The position numbers and the translations under genes are program-made. DNA of 16,513 nucleotides from Octopus sinensis (lineage: Eukaryota): NCBI RefSeq assembly GCF_006345805.1, contig NW_021825137.1:1-16513 (forward strand), read 5' to 3'. Shown piece after piece: positions 8,430-16,513 of this stretch (the first letter of the stretch is position 1; each line of letters begins with the position of its first letter). The notes below the pieces were generated by a model, which made no database searches, was not told the DNA's origin, and was given only the letters and a program-made list of their open reading frames with translations.

Positions 8430-9440
8430 CCATCCGCCATAACCACTCGCATCTTCACCGCCATCACCATCAACTACCAACGCTTCAACCACTACACACT
8501 ATCTCGGCCACCACCACCACCACCACTACCATTACCATCACCATCACCTCGACTAGTTCCACTACCACAACCGCCATCACCATCATTAATGTCATCACCA
8601 GTAATGAAACCATTGTGTTATCTCCTGTACGATCACATTCTTTCCACTGTCCTCACCACGGCTACTATCACCACAACTAGAATTGACACTATCGCTTCAG
8701 GAATAATGGAGTAATGGCCTCTCACCACCGTACCAACATCTTTACTATCATCAACACCACCACCACCGCCACCACCATCACCATCACCACAAGCATCACT
8801 ATCACCATCACCCGTCACCACAACCATCACTACTACTACTACCCCCACCATCACCATCACCATTACCACAATCACTACTACCACCAGCACCACCACCACA
8901 AACACCACCTCAATATGCAGCATCAACCACAAACTACTTCTAACCACTATCACAACCACAATCATCACTCCACAGTGTTCTGTCGCACCACCAATACAAC
9001 CACAAATAATAAACAACACAAACACAGCCACCAACGCTGCCACTGCCTTCGCCGCCGTCGCTTTCGTTGCTGCCGTCACGTCAACGTCACTATCGCCGCC
9101 GTCACCGTCAACGTCACTATCGCCGCCGTCACCGTCAACGTCACTATCGCCGCCGTCGCTTTCGTTGCTGTCGTCCGTCGCAGACGTCGCTATAGCTGCT
9201 GCTACCGTCGCTGCCGTCTCCATCGCTGCCGTCGCCTTCGCCGTTGCTGCTGTCGCCTTCGCCGTCGCTGCCGTCGCCATCACACTCACCGCAACCACTG
9301 TCTTCAGCACCACCACTACTGCCGCCACCGTTGCCAACACCACCCGCTCTTCGGCCACTACCGCCACTACCATCGCCGCCACCACCACAGATACCACTGG
9401 TACTAACGCTACTACCAGTGCTGCCATCGCCATCGCCACA
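8430..9440 (+). repeat. Degenerate (CAC/CAT/CGC/CGT)n low-complexity region
   Basis: Trinucleotide periodicity; open in several frames on both strands. Confidence 0.88.
9079..9157 (+). repeat. 27-bp minisatellite, ~3 copies
   Basis: cgtcaacgtcactatcgccgccgtcac repeated at 9079, 9106 and 9133. Confidence 0.92.
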
Positions 9441-9452
9441 ACTGTCATCAAT

Positions 9453-9837
9453 GGGTGGAAGCACTCCGTCGGTTACGACGACGAGGGTTCCGGTTGATCC
9501 GAATCAACGGAACAGCCTGCTCGTGAAATTAACGTGTAAGTGGCTGAGCACTCCACGGACACGTGTAGCCTTAACGTAGTTCTCGGGGATATTCAGCGTG
9601 ACACAGAGAGTGACAAGGCCGGCCCTTTGAAATACAGGTACAACAGAAACAGGAAGTAAGAGTGAGAGAAAGTTGTGGTGAAAGAGTACAGCAGGGATCA
9701 CCACCATCCCCTGCCGGAGCCTCGTGGAGCTTTAGGTGTTTTCGCTCAATAAACACTCACAACGCCCGGTCTGGGAATCGAAACCGCGATCCTATGACCG
9801 CGAGTCCGCTGCCCTAACTGGACCATTGCGCCTCCAC
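9453..9837 (-). mobile_element. Full-length tRNA-derived SINE (third family) with 12-bp TSD
   Basis: Minus head gtggaggcgcaatggtccagttagggcagcggactcgcgg...ggtttcgattccc (A and B boxes). Direct repeat actgtcatcaat at 9441-9452 and 9838-9849. Confidence 0.9.
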
Positions 9838-9992
9838 ACTGTCATCAATATAAACGTACGATGGAATACTCAAAGACCCCCACTACCACCACTACCACGA
9901 GAACAACAACTCGTGCAAATGTATCTTCGATTTCGAAGATAAATCCTCAGTTTTCGATCAACAGAAATACTTGTTCATTGGATAAAGTCATT

Positions 9993-11005
9993 GAGCGTTC
10001 CAGCCGTGACCATCCTGATTTATTATGTAGGAGCATCAAGGATTTCATTATCCAATGTCTCTCCCATTTTTTTAAAGACTCCCAAGTTCTAATTTGAGTG
10101 ACATTTGGCTGCTATTTCATGCAGGACTCTTGACCTAGTATCGTCTCCATTGTTGGTCTTTCGATAGCATTTATGACGATTGTATAACAGCGGTCTTAGT
10201 GCTAGCATTTGTTTTATGGTCATAGTGCTATGATGATGTTGGTGGTAATGTGGTGGTGGTGATGATGATGATAATGATGATGATGATGAGGATGATGATG
10301 AAGATGAAGATGAAGAGGAGGATGGTGATGATGATGATGATGATGTGCAATAAAATGGTTCATATTTGATTGATTAAAAATGTAATGGCAAGTATTTATT
10401 GACCTTTTTTCTTTCTTTTAAAAATCAGCATGAACTTACCGGACAACCCAATAGAAAGTCATTTGCGCAAGATACTTCGAAGTGGAGTCGATCCTAGGGT
10501 CTCCCGATTGTGAAGTTAAGTTTTAAATCTTTTGACTATCCTGTGTTTGTAAGACAAATTGTGAAAACCAACAGCTTAACAACAACCGTTGCTGCCGTAA
10601 CCAAATTCTATCGCAGATAATAGCTCCAATGCTTCAGTGCTACGTACAACTAACAACACCACCGCCACCATCATTACATCATGCTGCACCACCACCACCA
10701 CCACCACCACCGCAACCACTACCATATCATCATCATCATCATCACCGTCACCAATATCACCACCATCAGAGCACTATGATCATCAAACAAAAGCTAGCAC
10801 TAAGACCGCCGTTGTACAATCGTCATAAATGCTGTCGGGAGACCTATGATGGAAACGATACTTGGTCAGGAGTATTGCATGACATAGTAGCCAAATGCCA
10901 CTCAAATCAGAGCCTGTGAGTCTTTAAAAAATGGGGGAGACATTGGGTAATGAAATCATTGATGCTCCTACGTAATAAATCAGGATGATCGCGGCTGGAA
11001 CGCTC
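9993..11005. repeat. Long inverted duplication (arms 9993-~10270 and ~10727-11005)
   Basis: The reverse complement of 10727-11005 aligns continuously with 9993-10270. About 90% identity in the outer ~94 bp by manual count, lower further in. Confidence 0.93.
10440..10542 (-). mobile_element. Highly decayed tRNA/CORE-like SINE remnant
   Basis: Minus strand ggatcgactcc (B-box-like) then atcttgcgcaaatgactttcta, similar to accttgggcaagtgtcttcta. Confidence 0.4.
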
Positions 11006-11154
11006 TTCATCACAGGTCTTCATCATTAAACAAAAACTTCGACTACTTCTACTTCTAATACTGCTGCTGTTGCCGGTGCTGCCGCGACTATTCCAGCCAC
11101 TACGACAGTATATGACGACCACATCACAACTGATACTATGAACAATGTCTGATG

Positions 11155-11503
11155 ACCACACCATCACCATCACCATTGCCACCAACACTGTTAACAGTCC
11201 GAACGCCCAAATGCTCAAGCGCCCGAACGCCCAGCGTCATCGTTGTCATCGATACAATTATCCCTCACCCCTACACCACACTACCATTCCATCACCACCC
11301 ACATCACCACCACCACTGCCGCCGCCGGCGCAAATACCACTACCAACTCCATCGCCATCACTATGACTACCGTTACCATACCTTTATCGTCACACCACCA
11401 TCACCACCATAATCACCACCACCACCACCACCACCATCATCATTATCATCATCGTCGTCGTCGTCCTTGTCACCACCACAACGACCACCATTATCACCAC
11501 CAC

Positions 11504-11552
<49 letters not shown>

Positions 11553-11572
11553 GTCATCAGCACCGCCACCAT
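11155..11572 (+). repeat. Degenerate (CAC/CAT)n region with perfect (CAT)n core
   Basis: Direct reading. Confidence 0.9.
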
Positions 11573-11708
11573 TACATTGTTACAACTACTATAACGTACA
11601 ATGGCGAAGATAACGAGAAACCAGGTCATGAGAATTGTGCCAAAGACATTCTTTAATGTAAGTCGTATGAATGGCGAGACTGCGGCTTATCAGTAAAGTG
11701 TCGGTAAC

Positions 11709-11827
11709 GGCGGCGGCGGCGGTGGCGGTGGTGGTGGTGGTGGTGGTGGTGGTGGTGTGTCGTGGTGGCGGTGGTGGTGGTGGTGGTTTTGGTGGTGGTG
11801 GTGGTGGTGGTGGTGGTGGTGGTGGTG
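11709..11827 (+). repeat. (GGC/GGT)n microsatellite
   Basis: Direct reading. Confidence 0.93.
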
Positions 11828-12342
11828 AGTGGTGAGTGGTTGTGGCGTGGAAAACAATATGGTGGATGTAGTAGAAAAGCAAAAACAAAAAGAAAAAAAA
11901 GATGGACTTAGAAGATAGATAATGAAGACACAGAAGGGAATATAGAAGAAAGTGGTGGTGGTGGTACTATGATAATAAGTGAAGAGGTAGAATGCATTCG
12001 ACTTACAAAACACCGCAGGGGGAATAGAGGGGGAAGAAAGGTAAAAGTTGAATGAGAGTGTCGAGTGGGGAGAAGGAGGTTAATGAAGTGGGCAATATGA
12101 GGAGAAGATGGTTCGTAAATTCTATTCATATTCATGTTGCTTTTATATTTGTGCGTCTGTGTGTTTGTGTGTGATTGTGTACGCATGTGTGTGATTGTGT
12201 ATGCGCAATGTATAAATATATACGTCTTTTTGTGATGTCCTGTACTCCCGTATAATTATTTATATATGCATGTATATATACATGTAGATGTAGGTACGTA
12301 CATATATGTTTGTATGTATGCATATATTTTTTATTTATCTCC

Positions 12343-12343
<1 letters not shown>

Positions 12344-12414
<71 letters not shown>
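12344..12414 (+). repeat. (TA)n-(TG)n microsatellite
   Basis: Direct reading. Confidence 0.94.
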
Positions 12415-12519
12415 AGACATATATACGTATATGTAGGTATTATAATTACTGAAAATAAGTATGGAATATACAAGGAAGAAATCATAGGAATAACAAATTC
12501 GAGAAATGAAAAAGGTTTA

Positions 12520-12975
12520 GGTTGACCTACCGTTTATCATAAATCTAAATCTAAATTATCCGCAGAATATTCACAAAGTTGACCCGATAAACGTGTCATT
12601 AAACATATACAGCGAGCTGTTCGATAAAACAACATAAATATTAGTCATAGCTGCATAGAAGTCGTCGACAGTTAGGTATACCGAAGTAAGGAGGAACAAA
12701 TCAAAGGCAGCACTAAGATGCAACTATGCCAACACGGTGACACCTCCATTTAATGACACATGCCTAACAATGGCACTAATGTATCGAAGCAAAGTTTCAT
12801 TCATACATTGCATCCACAAGGTTAACAAAAAATCCTCAAGAACAGATATACACAACACACCTACTCCTTCAGAAATGAATCTATGAAATCTCAGATCGGT
12901 ATCTCATTATGTTTGCAGCTTGAAGGGGAGTTTAAATAATATGTCAATAAGCTGGACTGTAACTGAAGTTATAAC
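12520..12975 (+). pseudogene. Degraded Penelope-like element ORF: RT-EN linker and GIY-YIG endonuclease remnant
   Basis: Across frameshifts: ELFDK/NNINISHSCI (cf. KIFNRNTVKISYSCM), RCNYANTVTPPFNDTCLTMALMYRSKV from 12716 (cf. CNC..CPL.G.CL...VVY.A.V), YIAST at 12804, LKNRYTQHTYSFRNE from 12835, YVCSLK...MSISWTV. The motifs are colinear with the PLE consensus as I recall it. Confidence 0.75.
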
Positions 12976-13186
12976 TCTCAATATAGCATTCTGATAATAG
13001 CTCCAATACTTCAATGCTACTTAAACTAACACCACCGCCACCATCATAACATCCGGTTACACCACCACACCCACTACCAACATCATCATCATCATCACCA
13101 CCACCGCACCAACATCATCACCGCCACCTTGTCAATTACGTGTAGATATTTGAGATGCTACAAAAACCAGATGTTATCGATGAACA

Positions 13187-13345
13187 AGACACAGGAGTGG
13201 CTGTGTGGTAAGTAGCTTGCTTACCAACCACATGGTTCCGGGTCCAGTCCCACTTCATGACACCTTGGACAAGTGTCTTCTACTTTAGTCTCGGGCCGAC
13301 CGAAACCTTGTGAGTGGATTTTGTAGACGGAAACTGAAAGAAGCC

Positions 13346-13350
<5 letters not shown>
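13187..13350 (+). mobile_element. tRNA-derived CORE-like SINE 5' half
   Basis: caggagtggctgtgtggtaag (A box), gggtccagtccc (B-box-like), ccttggacaagtgtcttcta (CORE-like), followed by (TA)n. Confidence 0.85.
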
Positions 13351-13382
<32 letters not shown>

Positions 13383-13512
13383 TTCTTTTACTGCTTCAGT
13401 TATTTGACTGCGGCCATGCTGGAGCACCGGCTATAGACGAGCAAATTGGCCCCAGGACTTATTCTTTTTAAGCCTAGTACTTATACTATCGGTCACTTTG
13501 CCGAACCGCTAA
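13383..13512 (-). mobile_element. SINE 3'-half fragment
   Basis: Minus strand ttagcggttcggcaaagtgaccgatagtataagtactagg...ggtgctccagcatggccgcagtcaaataactgaagcagtaaaag, recalled as the 3' portion of the CORE-like octopus SINE. No second copy in the window to confirm. Confidence 0.6.
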
Positions 13513-13521
13513 ATGATAATG

Positions 13522-13578
<57 letters not shown>
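13513..13578 (+). repeat. (AAT)n microsatellite
   Basis: Direct reading. Confidence 0.96.
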
Positions 13579-13579
<1 letters not shown>

Positions 13580-13965
13580 GTAGGTGTAAACACATGAACA
13601 AAATAAGAATAAACAAAAGCAAAAACAAATTACACGAACGTATATAAACAGGAGATACAAATATTACAGACATTTCCCCACACACACACACTAACTAAAC
13701 ATAGACGCACATAGAGATATACGCATGCGCAAATGAAGACACATACAATAGAAATGCGAAATGGCTGACGGTTAGTAAGGAGAGACACACAAATAAGAAA
13801 GAAGAAAGCAAAGAACCACTGATGCTGTCACAGGAGTGCGACGAAAGAACTCTGGCCGAAATAAGATTAAGATTAATGTAAAAAATAAATAACGTTTAAG
13901 CAAAGTAACAACAAATATATAGTGCGTATGTTTTTATTGGCTAAACTGGCAAAATGACCATTCCT
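13579..13965 (+). mobile_element. Penelope-like element ORF C-terminus plus 3' UTR/pseudo-LTR
   Basis: SRCKHMNKIRI...* (13579-13647; cf. the PLE terminal SKCRHxNK motif), followed by an A-rich UTR containing a hammerhead motif. The right boundary is approximate. Confidence 0.62.
13816..13855 (+). ncRNA. Minimal type I hammerhead ribozyme-like motif (degenerate)
   Basis: CCA-CUGAUGC-U-GUCACA(GGAG)UGCGAC-GAAA-GAAC-UC-UGG: stem I CCA/UGG, stem II 5 of 6 pairs, 1-2 bp stem III. Core A9 is C. Confidence 0.65.
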
Positions 13966-13983
13966 AAATACAACAACAATAAT

Positions 13984-14050
<67 letters not shown>

Positions 14051-14052
<2 letters not shown>

Positions 14053-15308
14053 TCTGCCAAGAAAAGAGGGAGGCCGTGGTCTTTTGCAACTGGCAATAAC
14101 AATGAAGATTGCTACAATTGGCCTAGACACCAACCTGAAAAACTCTGAGGACTGGATGTTAAAACTTGTCTCAAAACATGAAAACAAGAAAGCATCATAC
14201 TCAGTCACAAAACAGGCAAAGTAATATCTAAGTGAATTCCGAATACAACCAATTTCGGAATTAGAGATAGACATACAAGAAACAAGCACAGAAAAAGCTA
14301 GGCGCATGAAAACCCGTGCCAAAACTTGCGGCCTTAGATATTCTGACAATAAATGGCAAGAAAACCTCTCTATGCAAATACCCAAAGAGAGCGAATAATG
14401 CAGATATTGACAAAGCCCGGACCCATCAATGGCTAATGGCCTCTGGCTTAAAATCTGAAACAGAGGGGTTTATCATAGCAGCTCAAGATCAATGCCTACC
14501 AACAAAACTCCAGGCCAACATATTAAAGAACGGCAGTAGCCCAACATGTTGTGTATGCCGACAACAAAATGAACCATTGATCATGTTGTCTCCAAATGCA
14601 GTCTTCTAGCGCCTACAGAGTACCTCAACAGGCATGATAGAGCTGCACAATATATTCACTGGTAATTTGCAAAAACCTGGATTGCCCCATGAAAAAAACT
14701 GGTGGAAACACAATCCACCTCCAGTGCTTGAAAATGACTACATCTCACTCCTCTGGAACTTCACCATTCAAACTGACAGGAAGATAGATGCAAATAGGCC
14801 AGACATCATATTGAAAGACTTCAGACAAAGAACATGCCTCCTCATTGATTGACTGTCCAATCGATATAAACGTATCTGTCAAGACCTACCAGAAACTGAG
14901 CAATATAAAGATCTTGAAATAGAAATCAGCAAAATGTGGAGCTGAAGACTAAAACAATACCTGTTGTCATAGGTGCCCTGGAATGATAGCGAAAGGGACT
15001 GATTGCTACTAACTCAGATACCAGGAAACCCCAAAATGGCAGAAATTCAAAAGATAGTGCTCATGTAACTGCTCATATCCTACGCAAAATACTCTCTATG
15101 TAATCCCAAGGTTTAAAAGAAACTTTGTTTTTATTTAATTATTTTTATTTTTTATTTTTATGTATTAGACATTCACTAGTACAACACCAAAACAAAAGAA
15201 GAAAAAAACCGCAAATATATGGCACAGAACTTCCAACCTGTTGTCTCTTGAGGTCTCTGGGTGAGACTTGGAGCCAACTTGTTCAGACATAAAGCAAAAG
15301 TCAAACAT
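14051..15308 (+). mobile_element. 5'-truncated R4/Dong-clade non-LTR retrotransposon (family A): RT C-terminus, CCHC knuckle, restriction-like endonuclease, 3' UTR; frameshifted
   Basis: Manual translation across frameshifts gives YLPRKEGGRGL (from 14051), WLMASGLKSETEGFIIAAQDQ, C..C...E..DH..S.C zinc knuckle, YLNRHD, LLWNFTIQTDRKIDANRPDIILKD..CLLID, K..K..KYKDL, PVVIGALG and AHILRKILSM* (stop 15101-15103). The 3' UTR ends in (TAA)n and (TAA)n also flanks the 5' side. Confidence 0.93.
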
Positions 15309-15325
15309 ATAATAATAATAATAAT

Positions 15326-15661
15326 ATGGGGGAGCATCATAGCCATGTGTTGAGAGGGATTCTTAGAGGTTTGAATAATTCACCCCTGGAAACATGGGTG
15401 TTTCGTTCAACATTCTTAAACAACCCTTATTCAGGGACCGTTTGAGCGGGATGGGCTACTCAACCTGAATAAAATTCTAACTGGGCCCCACCTGCAAGGT
15501 CATGTGCTGTTTATCTTGATATGAGATCACCATGTCGCGGACATATGGTTGTGATGCATATGCCTGTGTACCCTTATCAGACGGGTAGTCATGATGGGTA
15601 TATTGGGCTTCGTATATTTTACCCCAGTGTCACTTTGATGGCATGAACTGCTCTCTCACTC
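15326..15661 (+). mobile_element. Non-coding 3' end of a third (TAA)n-associated retroelement (family C; Dong-like 3' UTR or Dong-dependent SINE)
   Basis: Embedded in (TAA)n. Its last 40 bp (15622-15661) recur at 4145-4184 with the same 3' junction. No clear coding motif, so the class assignment is inferred. Confidence 0.65.
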
Positions 15662-15695
<34 letters not shown>

Positions 15696-15696
<1 letters not shown>

Positions 15697-15751
15697 GGTG
15701 TCGGGAAGACACTCGGCAAGAAATGGAAGCAATTTGAAGAGAGAAAAAAAA

Positions 15752-15752
<1 letters not shown>
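15696..15752 (+). mobile_element. Extreme 3' tip (~55 bp) of Dong family B
   Basis: aggtgtcgggaagacactcggcaagaaatggaagcaatttgaaga matches 4002-4050. Inside (TAA)n. Confidence 0.85.
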
Positions 15753-15784
<32 letters not shown>

Positions 15785-15867
15785 CATAATAATAATAATA
15801 ATATAATAATAATAATATAATAATAATGATAATTAAAATAATAATGATAATAATAATAATGATAATA
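15753..15867 (+). repeat. Imperfect (AAT)n microsatellite between Dong fragments
   Basis: Direct reading. Confidence 0.94.
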
Positions 15868-16282
15868 AAGACCTACCAAAAACTGAGCAAATATAAAGAT
15901 CTTGAAATAGAAATCAGCAAAATGTGGAAGCTGAAGACTAAAACAATACCTGTTGTCATAGGTGCCCTGGGAATGATAGCAAAGGGGCTGATCGCTACCT
16001 AACTCAGATACCAGGAAACCCCAAAATGGCAGAAATTCAAAAGATAGTGCTCATGGGAACTGCTCATATCCTACGCAAAATACTTTCTATGTAATCTCAA
16101 GGTTTAAAACAAACATAATTTTTTTTTGTAGACATTCACTAGTACAACACCAAAAAAAAAACAACAACAAATATATGGTACACTAGGCATAACAACAACA
16201 TGAACTTCCAACCTGTTGTCTCTTGAGGTTCTCTGGTGAGACTTGAGCCACCTGTACAAATATTGAAGCAAAAGTCAACATA
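15868..16282 (+). mobile_element. Second, shorter 3' fragment of Dong family A
   Basis: Highly similar to 14881-15308. Reads KTYQKLSKYKDLEIEISKMWKLKTKTIPVVIGALGMIAKG, one frameshift, then QIPGNPKMAEIQKIVLMGTAHILRKILSM* (stop 16092-16094). Same 3' UTR, (TAA)n on both sides. Confidence 0.92.
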
Positions 16283-16322
<40 letters not shown>

Positions 16323-16336
16323 CTAATAATAATAAT

Positions 16337-16436
16337 GGGTTCAAATTTTGCCACAAGGGCAGCAATTTTGAGGAAGAGGATGAGTTGATTATATCGACCC
16401 CCCCCTAATATTTAACTGGTACTTATTTAATCGACC
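16337..16436 (-). mobile_element. 3' fragment of Meta-like SINE (tail B)
   Basis: gggttcaaattttgccacaagggcagcaattttg...aactggtacttatttaatcgacc. Confidence 0.8.
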
Positions 16437-16467
16437 TTGGGAATTCTTTACATTTTTAGGCGTGATC

Positions 16468-16513
16468 AGTCAAGTTTGTCTTTCATTCTTTTGGGAGTCG
16501 ATAAAATAAATAC
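16468..16513 (+). mobile_element. Diverged SINE core fragment running off the window
   Basis: gtcaagtttgtctttcattcttttgggagtcgataaaataaatac resembles the core at 7845-7887. Confidence 0.6.

Noticed and set aside
8714-9406. 230-aa His-rich then Arg/Cys-rich ORF (protamine- or His-rich-protein-like) and overlapping 272-aa antisense ORF
   Set aside because: Degenerate CAC/CGC trinucleotide sequence lacks stops in several frames on both strands. No domain or splice evidence.
9760-9837. tRNA-like sequence on the minus strand (also the heads of the other SINEs)
   Set aside because: These are SINE heads continuing into SINE bodies; no complete cloverleaf, so not called as tRNA genes.
11149-11155. 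Isolated CTGATGA box
   Set aside because: No downstream GAAA or pairing stems; not a hammerhead.
9861-11218. Two ORFs sharing ERSSRDHPDLL..SI.DFI.QCL.HF (9861+ and 10907-)
   Set aside because: The shared peptide is just the translation of the inverted duplication. The frames diverge at an indel in the T run.
13970-16336. Repeat-spacer-like alternation of TAA runs and unique segments (CRISPR-like appearance)
   Set aside because: The repeats are variable-length microsatellites, the spacers are retroelement fragments, and there are no cas genes in this eukaryotic context.

Overview
AT-rich eukaryotic non-coding window, almost entirely microsatellites and transposable-element fragments. The repeat families and (AAT)n density look like an octopus (coleoid cephalopod) genome; this is inferred from remembered repeat sequences, not a database hit. 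No intact host protein-coding gene is supported, and nearly all ORFs in the track are translations of simple repeats. Recognisable content: (1) several 5'-truncated R4/Dong-clade non-LTR retrotransposon pieces with a restriction-like endonuclease (two coding families plus a third non-coding 3' end), all embedded in (TAA)n tracts on the + strand; (2) tRNA-derived SINEs of three families, including a dimeric copy and a full-length copy with a 12-bp target-site duplication; (3) a degraded Penelope-like element absent from the ORF track, with GIY-YIG remnants, the ORF C-terminus and a minimal hammerhead-ribozyme motif in its 3' region; (4) Helitron/Helentron-type non-autonomous elements, a Tigger-like end and a MITE-like fragment; (5) a ~280-bp-arm inverted duplication at 9993-11005. 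The most notable patterns are the strand-polarised (TAA)n insertion clusters, a covarying 3' stem-loop that delimits the shortest Dong insertions, and the split Penelope element with its ribozyme. I do not see evidence for a wholly new protein-coding system.
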